Assembly (NCBI GenBank): GCA_028280145.1
Contig: JANQMM010000063.1
Span: 1-53,385 of the forward strand
Source of the DNA: Minisyncoccota bacterium
Lineage (GTDB): Bacteria; Patescibacteriota; Minisyncoccia; Phycocordibacterales; JACZSL01
Length of the DNA stretch: 53,385 nt
Direction of reading: 5' to 3'
Under the pieces are notes generated by a model that worked only from the letters and a program-made list of their open reading frames with translations, made no database searches and was not told the DNA's origin. A program made the translations under genes and the position numbers. This document shows positions 38,390 to 48,745 of the stretch, piece after piece (the stretch's first letter is position 1; every line of letters starts with the position of its first letter).

Positions 38390-41300
38390 ATGGAAACAAA
38401 CCGAACTACGAATGCTTTTAGCCTTCGCATAGTGGCGTTGGTTCTTGGCATTTTCACGGTTTCGATGCTTGGTGCGTTGATGACACCAGCTGTTGCAGAG
38501 GCTACATACAACGAGCCGAAAAAAGGCTCGATTTCTGTGTGTAAAGCAATTGTCGATGGTGAAGGTAATGTTGTTGATGGCACGGGTGTAACAGGTACTT
38601 TTGAATTGAGTGGTCTTGATTTCAATAGTCCTGATGGCGTTCTCCCAACTTCACAATTTTCAACTCCTCTTTCATTCAACAAGGATGTGTTCTCTGGAGT
38701 TGATGGAGATGATGTGCAGTGTATTACGTACAACGATCTCACACTTGGATCGTATTACTACGGCGAAGAAGTTATCACTGGTGATAACTGGCTGGAGCCG
38801 AAGTACAACGATCAACACACAAAAGCAGTAGAAAGTCTTTCAGACTTCTTTGCATACAGTGGTGAGCTTTTCACCCCTGATACAAGTGATGACGAGGCAC
38901 GTAATAAAAACGCTGACGGTCATATTGTCCTATCGAAGGATCGACCGGACCGAACTCTCATTGTCCTTAATGAATTTAAAAAGCCTGAAATACCTGACGC
39001 GCCATACTGTGGTGACGGAGAGGTTAATCAGTCTTGGGAACAATGTGATGGAGGTGGTCAGTGTACGGCTCAATGTCAAACTGGAAATCAGTGTGTCGAG
39101 CTTGCACTCGCTCGTGTGAATGTCGATGAGACAAAGAATTGGGGAACAGGTGACGTAACAAGTGATATTTTCCTTGGAGGTGCGGCAAACAAGATCCCGG
39201 AGGGGACTTGGTTTTTGCTTGCTCAAAATGGAGTACCAGTTGTGGACACCGACATGACCTCAAATGGGTATGAAGATGTGCCGGGAATTTCTGTCGAACG
39301 ACAGGACGGAGCGGTACGCCTTTTGCTTCATGGAAGTCATGAAGACGCAAATGGAACCAATAAAGAACATGTGAATGGGAACCTCGAATTTTGGGGCGCA
39401 TCCATTCTAGACCAATCCAGTGACGATAGTGGAAACAACAAGCTCGAAAAGGGCTTTGATGGAGAAAAAACACTCAATGCTGGACAAGATGAAGTGTGGC
39501 TTGACGGAAATTATCCGGAGCAGTCATTCTTCTGGCTAACCGTCACTACGGCAGACGACGGATTCTTCACTACGTATGAAGATGTTCCGGAGTGTGCAAG
39601 TAGCCTCGTAGCATCAAAGGTGATGTGTGAGGACGAGACGCACCTTCCAAACTGGAGTGGTGATGACATTGACATAACAGAGAACACCGCGATCGACTTT
39701 GTCGCACAAAGCGGTGGACACTGTACCCTTGAGCCTGATTGGGAATTCCAATATGGAGACCAGTCTGCAAGCAATCCCGGTGACAACACCGGAGAAGCTG
39801 CAGGGCCATGGACCACATTCGGTCCGACAAACAATGATGGCGTTGCTTCAGTCAGTATTGCTGACATCGATGACATCTCACGTCTTTGGGTGCGAGAAGT
39901 GTTCCAAGATGGATTCGTTCCATTTACACACGCAACCACTAAGTCAGACGTTTCAGCTGAAATGTACTGTCATAAAGACGTGCTCAATTACGACAATTAC
40001 GACTTTATCAACAATCCAAAAGCTGGTGAGACGTACTACTGTGTAGCGTTTAACGCTCCAAAGAAGGACGCTCCCGTCTGTGACCCTAATGTTAACCTTC
40101 TAAAAAATGGAGGGTTTGAGACACCGGCACTTTCAGCAAACAGCTGGGATGTGTTCTACACGGGTGAAACGGGTCTTGAATGGTCTACCGGAGACAATGG
40201 AGTTGAAATTCAAAACAATGTTGCAGGCTCACCATATGCGGGAGCACAACACGCAGAACTTGACCCACATACCGTGACAGAGATCTGGCAGGAAGTTGCA
40301 ACCATCCCTGGTGAAACGTATCGATTTGAGACAAAGTACTCACCTCGACCTGGACGAACACTGGAGGATGTTCGATTCGAATTTCTTCTAAATGGCTCTA
40401 CTCTTGGAGCAGATGTTGCACGATCAGGTGAGGGTAATACCGATACCGATTGGACACACGAAGAGAGATTCTTCGTTGCAACAGAAGCTTCCACCACGGT
40501 CGGCTTTGTGGAAACAGGACTCGACACTTCTTACGGAGCATATCTGGACGAAGTTGGTCTTTACTGTGACCCAAATCCACCGGTAGTAAACCAGAAGCCG
40601 GTGATCACCATTGGTGATGCAGTACTTACTCTTACGGTAGGGGACACATTCACCGAAGACGTAACCGCAAATGACCCTGAAGATGGAGTGATTCCGTTTG
40701 GAAACATTGTCATCACAGGTTCTGTCGATACAAATATCGTTGGTTCATATGATCTGGAATATGATGTAGTGGACTCACAAGGTCTTGCTGCCGACACGGT
40801 TACCCGAACGGTACATGTTGTTGCACAACCGGCACCAAAAGGATCAATCACCGTATGTAAGGCGATCGTAGATGAATACGGAAACGTTGTTGACGGAGCA
40901 GAGGCTTCAGGTTCGTTTGTAATAGACGGACTTGATGGAAACAATGCCGCAGGCATCCTTCCAACTTCAAACTTCAGCACTGCTCTATCATTCACCGATG
41001 ATGTATTTGCAAGCGTTAATGGAAATGATATCGAGTGTGTTCGACACAATAACTTGGATCTTGGACAGTATTACTACGACCAAGAGACGGTTAACGGTGA
41101 TGGATGGGGAGTACCTCTCTACAATGACCAATTCGACACACCGGTAACAGACACGACTGACTTCTTCCCATATGATGATGCGTTGTTCACAAATGACACA
41201 GCTGACGATGCGGGACGAAATCAAAATGCTGACGGACATATTGTCCTTACCGAACAGCGACCCGACCGAACTCTCATTGTGCTAAACGAATACACACTTA

Positions 41301-43525
41301 AGCCCGCACCATATTGTGGTGACGGTGTTCAGAACCAGGCATGGGAGATGTGTGATGGTACAGACGGCCTCCAAACAGGAGAACAGTGTACGGCACAATG
41401 TCAGATCGCAAACCAATGTGTTGAAAAGGCATTTGCACGAGTAAATGTAGAGTTGTTCGAGAATCACTCAAATGGTGATATAACTGACGACATCTTCCTT
41501 GGTTCAGCACTAAACAAGATCCCTATGGGAGCATGGTTCTTGCTCTACGATAGCGGAACATACGTATCGGATGCGAATGCAAACGGATACGAGGATGTTC
41601 AGGGTCTTGCAGTAGAAAGACAAGAAGGTTCAGTTCGAGTTGTGGCACATGGTTCACATCCTAATGATGGCTCCAAAGAGCACATCGTCGGAGATGTTGA
41701 ATTCTTCAACTTCGAAGTAACGGAACCAACAAGCGATGATAGCGGAAACAATAAACTGGAAAACGGTTTTGACATGATCATGGACAACGTTCCAGGTCAA
41801 GATGAAGTATGGCTTAAGAATGGAAACGACACACAATCATTCTTCTGGCTTACTGTTACAACCGCAGATGACGGCTTCTTCGCAAATTACGGCGATGATG
41901 TGCCAATGTGTGTACAGCCGAACACACCACCAACCATCACCCTTGAAGGTGATAATCCACAGATCATTCCACTCTTCGGCACTTACACCAATCTTGGTGC
42001 AGTGGCAACCGACGCAGAGGATGATGACACTGTCCTTACAGGTCAGATCGTTCACGATTCATCAAGCGTGGACACAAATGTTGTAGGCACATATGAAGTG
42101 ACCTATGATGTTACTGATTCAGGAGGTTTGGCTGCTGAGACTGCGACACGAACAGTGTCTGTGGTTGATGACAGCGATCCTGCCGCATGTAGCGACAGAG
42201 ATGATAACGACGGAGATCAACTTGTTGACGCATTGGATCCGGGTTGTTGGAGCGATCCAAATGATCCGAACACATATGATCCAAATGACGACGATGAGAA
42301 CCAGAAGCCGGTCATCACACGCATTGGTGACAACGTACGAATCCCGCTTGGTACTCCATACAACGATGAGGGTGCTACGGCAGAGGACGCAGAAGACGGA
42401 GTCATCACTGATGATATCGTTACGACCGGTACCAGTACGATCGATGTGAACACCACCGGTGTATACACCGTTCGATATAACGTTACTGACTCAGACGGCG
42501 CTGCTGCTGATGAAGTGACCCGAACAGTTGAAGTGTACGATCCAACCCCTCCAGTTTGTGTATCAAACTGCGGTGGCGGTGGCGGCGGTGGCGGCGGTCC
42601 GATCCCGGACAACCTCACCATCTTCAATGAAACGATCACCGTTATTGGTGAAGGAACCGCTCTCATTACATGGGAGACAAACAAGCCCGCTGACTCACGA
42701 GTTGTCTATGATGACGAATCACAGGTACTTGCAGCATCAACACTTAACTTCGGAGTTGGAAGCGAGAATCTCGGATATGATTTCACAACTGACACTAACC
42801 CGACACTCACCAAAGAGCACTCGGTTATCGTGACAGATGTGAATCTTGAAGATCTCTTCTACTTCCGACCACTTTCTTCAGATGGTACACGAGCTATTGG
42901 AATTGAGCTTAGTGCTGTCCTTGGAGAGGTCACCGGAGGAACGTGTGAGCAGTATCTCTTTGAGTTCATCAGGTTTGGTGAAAACAATAATCCGGTAGAA
43001 GTTCGAAAACTTCAAACATTCCTTAATGATTTTGAGGAAGCAGGCTTGGAGGTAAATGGTATCTATGATCTTGCAACATTCAATGCGGTTGTAGCATTCC
43101 AGAACAAGTATGCCGGTGACGTTCTCTCACCATGGGGACTTGAAGGGGATACCGGATATGTCTACCTAACTACACGAAAAAAGATTAATGAAATCTATTG
43201 TAACTTCCAGCTACCATTCCCACTTACCGGGGAACAGCAAGCAGAAGTTGACGCTTTCCGAGCACTTCTAGAGTCCTTGGAAGCAACAGGACAACCTCTT
43301 CCTGATACATCTAACGTAGGATTCGCACCGTCTGCACCAACATTTGCAGGTGATGACGAAACTCCAAGCGTTACTCTTGTGGAAGAAACTCCAGAGGGAG
43401 GTGATGTACTTGCAGAGGAAGAAGAAGGAACTGATTCACTCGCAGCTGCGGCTGATGCTTTGGCGGGCGAAGATGGAGGAGTATTCTCTCGAATTGGTGA
43501 CTTCTTTAAAAATCTCTTTCGGTAA
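38390..43525 (+). CDS. 1711-aa secreted multidomain surface protein (duplicated ~355-aa module, CGDG Cys motifs, DUF642-like, 3x DUF5011 Ig-like, FN3-like, peptidoglycan-binding-like domain)
   Basis: Signal peptide; KGSI.VCKAIVD...TADDGFF occurs twice; NLLKNGGFETP; NQKPVIT...YDV.DS.G.AA..VTRTV.V occurs three times; EVRKLQTFLN...GIYD..T.NAV.AFQ. Confidence 0.85.
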   Translation: METNRTTNAFSLRIVALVLGIFTVSMLGALMTPAVAEATYNEPKKGSISVCKAIVDGEGNVVDGTGVTGTFELSGLDFNSPDGVLPTSQFSTPLSFNKDVFSGVDGDDVQCITYNDLTLGSYYYGEEVITGDNWLEPKYNDQHTKAVESLSDFFAYSGELFTPDTSDDEARNKNADGHIVLSKDRPDRTLIVLNEFKKPEIPDAPYCGDGEVNQSWEQCDGGGQCTAQCQTGNQCVELALARVNVDETKNWGTGDVTSDIFLGGAANKIPEGTWFLLAQNGVPVVDTDMTSNGYEDVPGISVERQDGAVRLLLHGSHEDANGTNKEHVNGNLEFWGASILDQSSDDSGNNKLEKGFDGEKTLNAGQDEVWLDGNYPEQSFFWLTVTTADDGFFTTYEDVPECASSLVASKVMCEDETHLPNWSGDDIDITENTAIDFVAQSGGHCTLEPDWEFQYGDQSASNPGDNTGEAAGPWTTFGPTNNDGVASVSIADIDDISRLWVREVFQDGFVPFTHATTKSDVSAEMYCHKDVLNYDNYDFINNPKAGETYYCVAFNAPKKDAPVCDPNVNLLKNGGFETPALSANSWDVFYTGETGLEWSTGDNGVEIQNNVAGSPYAGAQHAELDPHTVTEIWQEVATIPGETYRFETKYSPRPGRTLEDVRFEFLLNGSTLGADVARSGEGNTDTDWTHEERFFVATEASTTVGFVETGLDTSYGAYLDEVGLYCDPNPPVVNQKPVITIGDAVLTLTVGDTFTEDVTANDPEDGVIPFGNIVITGSVDTNIVGSYDLEYDVVDSQGLAADTVTRTVHVVAQPAPKGSITVCKAIVDEYGNVVDGAEASGSFVIDGLDGNNAAGILPTSNFSTALSFTDDVFASVNGNDIECVRHNNLDLGQYYYDQETVNGDGWGVPLYNDQFDTPVTDTTDFFPYDDALFTNDTADDAGRNQNADGHIVLTEQRPDRTLIVLNEYTLKPAPYCGDGVQNQAWEMCDGTDGLQTGEQCTAQCQIANQCVEKAFARVNVELFENHSNGDITDDIFLGSALNKIPMGAWFLLYDSGTYVSDANANGYEDVQGLAVERQEGSVRVVAHGSHPNDGSKEHIVGDVEFFNFEVTEPTSDDSGNNKLENGFDMIMDNVPGQDEVWLKNGNDTQSFFWLTVTTADDGFFANYGDDVPMCVQPNTPPTITLEGDNPQIIPLFGTYTNLGAVATDAEDDDTVLTGQIVHDSSSVDTNVVGTYEVTYDVTDSGGLAAETATRTVSVVDDSDPAACSDRDDNDGDQLVDALDPGCWSDPNDPNTYDPNDDDENQKPVITRIGDNVRIPLGTPYNDEGATAEDAEDGVITDDIVTTGTSTIDVNTTGVYTVRYNVTDSDGAAADEVTRTVEVYDPTPPVCVSNCGGGGGGGGGPIPDNLTIFNETITVIGEGTALITWETNKPADSRVVYDDESQVLAASTLNFGVGSENLGYDFTTDTNPTLTKEHSVIVTDVNLEDLFYFRPLSSDGTRAIGIELSAVLGEVTGGTCEQYLFEFIRFGENNNPVEVRKLQTFLNDFEEAGLEVNGIYDLATFNAVVAFQNKYAGDVLSPWGLEGDTGYVYLTTRKKINEIYCNFQLPFPLTGEQQAEVDAFRALLESLEATGQPLPDTSNVGFAPSAPTFAGDDETPSVTLVEETPEGGDVLAEEEEGTDSLAAAADALAGEDGGVFSRIGDFFKNLFR

Positions 43526-43550
43526 TTAGTTTCTCGGGAAATTAATGACG

Positions 43551-43585
43551 AAACGAAAAAGCGGCCACTGGCCGCTTTTTCGTTT
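43551..43585. terminator. Bidirectional terminator
   Basis: AAACGAAAAAGCGGCC-act-GGCCGCTTTTTCGTTT. Confidence 0.85.
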
Positions 43586-43617
43586 GTCTGAATGACATCT
43601 CGGTCGGCCAAAATGGC

Positions 43618-44781
43618 CTACAATTTAAGGTTGCCTTGTGCGATTGGTTCTCGGTACGCCGGCTCGCTACTTGCACTTGCACGCAAAAAGCCCGCGACTG
43701 CTATCATGACCGCGTTGTCAGTTGAAAGTTTTGCTTCGGGAATGTAGAGCAGGTGATCGGGATATTGTTCTTTAAAGAGTTCTCTGAATGCACGTCGTAT
43801 TTCGGTATTTGCTGAGACGCCTCCGCCGAGAATAAGCGTTTTGGCTTCTGTTTGGTCCAGTGCCTTTTTTGTTTTTTTGATGAGGATTTCTACTACCGCA
43901 TCTTCAAACTCTTGGGCAAATTCTCGCTTGATATCATCATTCAACACATCGATATCGTTAAGTGTATAGAGTACGGCTGTTTTGAGTCCCGAGAATGAAA
44001 AGTCGCAGTCATCACTCTGCAGCATCGGTCGCGGCAAGCTATAACGGGATTTTAGATTGCGCGCACGTGCTTCCTGGGAGAGTTTTGATATCGCAGGCCC
44101 ACCCGGATATCCAAGGTCGAGCATGCGGGCGACTTTATCGAATGCCTCGCCGACAGCGTCATCGCGTGTGCTTCCGATAAGCTCATAATCCATCCAGTTT
44201 TTTATAAGGACCAATTCAGTGTGTCCGCCTGAAATGAGAAGGGCAAGAGCGGGAAATACGACGTGTCCCAGACGTATCTCCTCGGAGAGTAGGGATGCAA
44301 CAATATGACCTTCCATATGGTTGATCGGGATGATCGGTATGTCCCACAGTAATGAGAGGGCTTTGGCGAAGTTAACGCCAACCCATAGCGCGGGAGCAAG
44401 CCCCGGACCTTCAGTTACCGCAATGACGTCGATATCCGGTTTCTCAATTCTTTCCATCAGCCTCATGAACATCTCATACATCTCCGGTTCGCGATGTAGA
44501 AGGGCTTGTATCTCTTCTCGTTGTGTTTCCGAAATGTCTTGTTCACGCACATTGAAGAGAAAAGCGTCTTTCAAGGTTTTCTCCAGAAGAGGAGTAAGGT
44601 TGCGTGCATGCTCTCGTTTTGCAAGTGTCGGATATACTCCGCCGAACTCGGCATGTTTGTCCGCTTGCGAGAGAAGTGTGTTTGCCAAGATAGCGAATCG
44701 GTGTTCGCTTATGTCTCCATGTGCCTCAAGAACAGCGATCGCTGTTTCATCACAGCTTGTCTCGATGGAAAGAATATTCAT
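43618..44781 (-). CDS. tsaD: tRNA N6-adenosine threonylcarbamoyltransferase
   Basis: ILSIETSCDETA, NHMEGH, LLISGGHT, DDAVGEAFDKVAR, TDNAVMIA. Confidence 0.96.
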   Translation of the reverse strand: MNILSIETSCDETAIAVLEAHGDISEHRFAILANTLLSQADKHAEFGGVYPTLAKREHARNLTPLLEKTLKDAFLFNVREQDISETQREEIQALLHREPEMYEMFMRLMERIEKPDIDVIAVTEGPGLAPALWVGVNFAKALSLLWDIPIIPINHMEGHIVASLLSEEIRLGHVVFPALALLISGGHTELVLIKNWMDYELIGSTRDDAVGEAFDKVARMLDLGYPGGPAISKLSQEARARNLKSRYSLPRPMLQSDDCDFSFSGLKTAVLYTLNDIDVLNDDIKREFAQEFEDAVVEILIKKTKKALDQTEAKTLILGGGVSANTEIRRAFRELFKEQYPDHLLYIPEAKLSTDNAVMIAVAGFLRASASSEPAYREPIAQGNLKL

Positions 44782-44786
44782 GCTCT

Positions 44787-45497
44787 CTAAGGGGTGAGAT
44801 AGCGCTCCTTGAGTATTTTGAGCGTGTCGTGTTCGTTTTCTACTTTTTGAACATCAATTACACCGAGAACGGCCTCATCATTGCCGCCCGGGTACAGTGC
44901 ATCACCGAAATATATACACTCATCCTTATTCCAACCCTGTTCTTTTATGAGTCTCATGATATTTGTGCCCTTATTATTTCCTTTAGTGAAATAATCAAAA
45001 GATGTTGTGCCTGCAACCTTCACGTCGGCAAGCAACAATGGTCGGGGGTTTTGTTCAAGTAATTTTGTCCTGAGTGAACCACCCGGATCAAATGGTAATT
45101 TCTTCCTCACATCTTCATGGTGTCCAAGACAACTGTACGAGATCTGATAGTTGTCTCTGTTTTCGATCAGGTCATTTGCATTCTTAACCTCCCAGTGACG
45201 GATGCTTTCAAAGTATGCGATATGGTCCATTACTTCTTTGATGGCTTCGGGAGAAAGCGGGGTTGCCCACATTTCTGTATCTCCACGAAATGCGTGGTTC
45301 CCGTTTTGACCAAGTGCGAAATCAATATTGACTCCATCAAGTTGTTTTTTTATTGCGGCACTTGATTGACCTGAAATCACCATAAGTGTGTAGGGAAGTG
45401 CATTTAGCACCTCTTTCAGTTCGGGATTTATCGGGGTACGACTGCGCGTGAGCGTGCCGTCCATATCAAAAAATAAATGTTTGTATTTGCTTTGCAT
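44787..45497 (-). CDS. HAD-IIB hydrolase (phosphomannomutase-like)
   Basis: FFDMDGTLT, GTTSFD, YFGDALYPGGND. Confidence 0.82.
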   Translation of the reverse strand: MQSKYKHLFFDMDGTLTRSRTPINPELKEVLNALPYTLMVISGQSSAAIKKQLDGVNIDFALGQNGNHAFRGDTEMWATPLSPEAIKEVMDHIAYFESIRHWEVKNANDLIENRDNYQISYSCLGHHEDVRKKLPFDPGGSLRTKLLEQNPRPLLLADVKVAGTTSFDYFTKGNNKGTNIMRLIKEQGWNKDECIYFGDALYPGGNDEAVLGVIDVQKVENEHDTLKILKERYLTP

Positions 45498-45609
45498 GTT
45501 ACGGTTGATTATCAAACTACATAATACCACCTGAGGATGAGGTCTTGTTTGTATGCGTTGAATGATACATAAAAACAGTGTATTGTGTCTACTACTTACA
45601 AATGTGGAA

Positions 45610-45683
45610 GGGCGATTAGCTCAGTTGGCTAGAGCGTCTCATTGACGTTGAGAAGGTCACAGGTTCAAATCCTGTATCGCCCA
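45610..45683 (+). tRNA. tRNA-Val(GAC)
   Basis: GGGCGAT/ATCGCCC acceptor, TCTCA-TTGACGT-TGAGA, GTTCAAATC. Confidence 0.95.
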
Positions 45684-45693
45684 CTTTATTTAA

Positions 45694-45716
45694 AAGGTCA
45701 CAGGTTCAAATCCTGT
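45694..45716 (+). repeat. 23-bp duplicate of the tRNA-Val variable loop/T-arm
   Basis: AAGGTCACAGGTTCAAATCCTGT is identical to 45653-45675. Confidence 0.9.
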
Positions 45717-45740
45717 GGTCCTTAAATGTTTTAGAGGCAA

Positions 45741-46385
45741 ATGGAGCGATTACAACCACAGACCGAACAAGAGCTGAGGGAGGCCGTTAAACGAGCCGCC
45801 CGCGTGCTTTCTGCAGGCGGTCTTGTCATTTATCCAACTGATACTGTTTACGGGATTGGTGCTGATGCGTCAAACGAAGCGGCAGTAGAAAAGGTGTATG
45901 CTCTTAAGGGGAGGGATGCAAAAAAGCCGCTCTCAGTCGTTGTATCTGACATGAGAATGGCTCTTACATATACCCGATTGCACGAGGCGGCAGAGAGACT
46001 GATTAAGCGCATACTTCCGGGTCCATTCACGCTTCTTGTGGAGAGTAGAGGCAAGCTGGCTCCCAACTTAACGCAAGGAAGCTCTCTTTTGGGTATTCGC
46101 ATTCCCGATTCCTTTTTTTGTGTTTCACTTGCACAGGTTTTTGGGAAACCCTATACCGCAACGAGTGCTAATGCTTCAGGAGAGGTGGCGGGAGATGTTG
46201 ACGAGATTCTTGAACAATTTAAAGAGAGCGAAGGACTAATAGACCTTGTTGTAGATGTAGGACCTCTTGATCAAACACTTCCGTCTACCATATTGGATAT
46301 CTCCGGTGATGCTGTTGTGGTGGTGCGAGAAGGTGCGCGCAACACCCAGGCGGTTCAGCTTGTAACATTACAAGAGCAAGAATAG
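45741..46385 (+). CDS. tsaC: Threonylcarbamoyl-AMP synthase (TsaC/Sua5/YrdC)
   Basis: YPTDTVYGIG, LKGR...KPL, LPGPFT, TATSANASG, PSTILD. Confidence 0.92.
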   Translation: MERLQPQTEQELREAVKRAARVLSAGGLVIYPTDTVYGIGADASNEAAVEKVYALKGRDAKKPLSVVVSDMRMALTYTRLHEAAERLIKRILPGPFTLLVESRGKLAPNLTQGSSLLGIRIPDSFFCVSLAQVFGKPYTATSANASGEVAGDVDEILEQFKESEGLIDLVVDVGPLDQTLPSTILDISGDAVVVVREGARNTQAVQLVTLQEQE

Positions 46386-46398
46386 TTGTAATCAGTAC

Positions 46399-47349
46399 AT
46401 GAAGCGCATTGTGGTCATTGGTGGGGGGACAGGAACATTTACAGTCCTTCGTGGCTTGAGGAATTATCCGCATCACATTACCGCCATCGTGACGATGTTT
46501 GATTCCGGCGGTTCAAGTGGTGTGCTCCGCGATGAACACGGCGTGCTTCCTCCGGGTGACGTGCGCCGGTGCCTGGTTGCCCTTTCAGGTGGTGAGCGTG
46601 AAGAGACGCTTCGAAAACTTTTTAATTATCGTTTCAGTACGGGCGGCTCACTTAAAGGACATAGTTTCGGGAACATTCTTCTTACAGCACTGACCGAATT
46701 GTTTGGAAGTGAAGATGTTGCCATTAATGAAGCCGCCTCTATTCTCAACATTAACGGGACAGTTCTTCCGGTTTCCCTTGAGAAATCTCATCTCTCTGTA
46801 AAGCTTGAAGATGGCAGTGTGGTGAAGCGAGAGACGAATATCGACATTCCCAAACACGATGGGTCTTTGCGTATTGAAGAAGTGTATCTTGAGCCAACCG
46901 TCAAAGCCTTTCCTGAGGCTCTTCGTGCAATAGAGGAGGCAGATGTAGTGGTTCTTGGTCCCGGTGACCTGTATACGTCAGTCATCCCTAATCTGCTTGC
47001 GAAAGGGGTTCCTGAGGCATTGCAAAAGGGTAAGGCCAAAAAAGTATGTATTTTAAATTTGTTCACCAAATGGGGTGAGACACACGGATATAACGCCTCT
47101 CAGTTTGCCAAGGAACTCTTGCGGTATTCCTATCTGAAACAGTTTGATCACATTGTGTGTAATAAAGAAAATATGCCAGAACGTATCCTTAAGAAGTATG
47201 CCGCAGAAAAGAAATTTCCCATTGAGGTTGACGAACACATCACGACATATGCCAAAGAGGTGATACGCAAGGACCTCTTCAGGGCGGATTACTTTTTACG
47301 TCATGATTCTGATGCGATAGCACAGATCATCGATAGCATAGCAACATAA
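46399..47349 (+). CDS. yvcK: YvcK/GlmR (CofD-like) UDP-GlcNAc-binding protein
   Basis: IVVIGGGTG, DSGGSSGVLR...LPPGD.RRCL, GHSFGN, GPGDLYTSVIPNL, RHDS. Confidence 0.92.
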   Translation: MKRIVVIGGGTGTFTVLRGLRNYPHHITAIVTMFDSGGSSGVLRDEHGVLPPGDVRRCLVALSGGEREETLRKLFNYRFSTGGSLKGHSFGNILLTALTELFGSEDVAINEAASILNINGTVLPVSLEKSHLSVKLEDGSVVKRETNIDIPKHDGSLRIEEVYLEPTVKAFPEALRAIEEADVVVLGPGDLYTSVIPNLLAKGVPEALQKGKAKKVCILNLFTKWGETHGYNASQFAKELLRYSYLKQFDHIVCNKENMPERILKKYAAEKKFPIEVDEHITTYAKEVIRKDLFRADYFLRHDSDAIAQIIDSIAT

Positions 47350-47392
47350 AAAACGCCTCAGGCGCCTCAGGAAAAACACATCATCACTTTTC

Positions 47393-47833
47393 TTAACCGC
47401 TCTTTTGGTTGAGTTTCTTCCAAAGATGAAATTCTTTATTCAAGTGGTGTTTGAGCACTATCGGATACTCCTCGGCCATACCTGCCTCAAAACGAATGTG
47501 TCCTTCTATACCGCGAAGTTCTTCGGTGCCGGATTTTGACACTATCGTCTGCATGATATCCGCTTTGCCATTAATGAATTCTCCTTTGTGTTCAAGGACA
47601 AAGGTGCCGCGTTTTCCGTCAACAGTGCCGGTAAATCGTTCAAATCCGTGTATGTCAGCTTGCTCTGGAGTATTGTAAAGAAACAGGTATGAAACTACTC
47701 CTTCTCCTTCAATTTCGCCGCTATAGCGTTTGAGCACCTTTGCGCGTTTAATGGTCGGGCCATCTGTCACTTCGCTGATGAGTTCCTCATTCCACTCTTC
47801 AACGCGAAACGTTCCCTTTGATTCTGACGTCAT
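47393..47833 (-). CDS. DUF3224 family protein
   Basis: FERFTGTVDGKRGTFVLEH, SGTEELRGIEG. Confidence 0.85.
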   Translation of the reverse strand: MTSESKGTFRVEEWNEELISEVTDGPTIKRAKVLKRYSGEIEGEGVVSYLFLYNTPEQADIHGFERFTGTVDGKRGTFVLEHKGEFINGKADIMQTIVSKSGTEELRGIEGHIRFEAGMAEEYPIVLKHHLNKEFHLWKKLNQKSG

Positions 47834-47940
47834 GGAGCTATTATACCCTAGTGCGGTGCGTTAGCACACCGAACACTTTGCCGCAGTCGAAAAAGGTTCG
47901 ACGTGGAAACACGATATCATTTTGTGCCGGAAGATTCTCT

Positions 47941-48390
47941 TTAGAAAAGTTGTTCTTCTTTCTCCTTATATCTTTTGTGGAGATGCCACGCCGACCATAG
48001 GTAGAGAATACCGCCTGCATAAACAGCGATCGTGAAGAAAAAGCCGGAGTACCCAAGAGCCGACATGATAAAGTTCGTGCTAAAGAGAGCGCTAAGGCCG
48101 AGGTGTACACCGGAGAGTGTTGCGATCATGAAGGCAACCAGGTCGATGGTATCATTTCCACCAAAGAGCTTTCGGCCTCGTTTGTGCCATTCGTATAAAA
48201 GGTACAATGCGACGAGCCCCGAGATGACCGAGAGGACAATGTATAGTCCATACCCGCTCGACATAAATCTGCTCATAACAGGGGTCGCACCCCACAGAAG
48301 CGAAATGGCTGCGATAACGAGCCTTGCCTCATTCCATAAAAAAGAATACCGAAGCAGATTTGCCGGTTTTGTGTGTTCTTGTATATCCAT
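47941..48390 (-). CDS. Hypothetical 4-TM membrane protein
   Basis: Four hydrophobic segments; collinear with neighbours. Confidence 0.7.
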   Translation of the reverse strand: MDIQEHTKPANLLRYSFLWNEARLVIAAISLLWGATPVMSRFMSSGYGLYIVLSVISGLVALYLLYEWHKRGRKLFGGNDTIDLVAFMIATLSGVHLGLSALFSTNFIMSALGYSGFFFTIAVYAGGILYLWSAWHLHKRYKEKEEQLF

Positions 48391-48426
48391 AAAAAATAGT
48401 TAGGAAATAATACTTCCAGTGTACTC

Positions 48427-48657
48427 CTAATCCTCGATGTACTCAAATCGCGGCACTTTTTCTCCGTTGATCTCTACCACTTCGGTGAACATATCAAAAG
48501 GGCGTACCCACAGAGCATTTTTGCCAAATTCTTCCGAATCGTAGAGCGCTTTATAGAACACAAGCCTTTCGAGTGTTTCGCTGTGGTGCCCGACACCGAT
48601 GACCTCATACATCTTGTTCTTGTAGTGGCGGTACTTGCCCGGTTTTAATTCCTGCAT
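48427..48657 (-). CDS. DUF1653 family protein
   Basis: GKYRHYK..YEVIG..HSETLE.LV.YKALY...WVRP..MF. Confidence 0.9.
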   Translation of the reverse strand: MQELKPGKYRHYKNKMYEVIGVGHHSETLERLVFYKALYDSEEFGKNALWVRPFDMFTEVVEINGEKVPRFEYIED

Positions 48658-48745
48658 TTTCACTTTTTGATCCTTGGGCGCAACTAAGCGGCAAAAGCCT
48701 CATTTGTTGATAACGATATGATGCCCTTAATAGTATACTACTCGT

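Noticed and set aside
42572..42598. GGY trinucleotide tract as a phase-variation switch
   Set aside because: In-frame mixed GGT/GGC poly-Gly linker; slippage would not shift the frame
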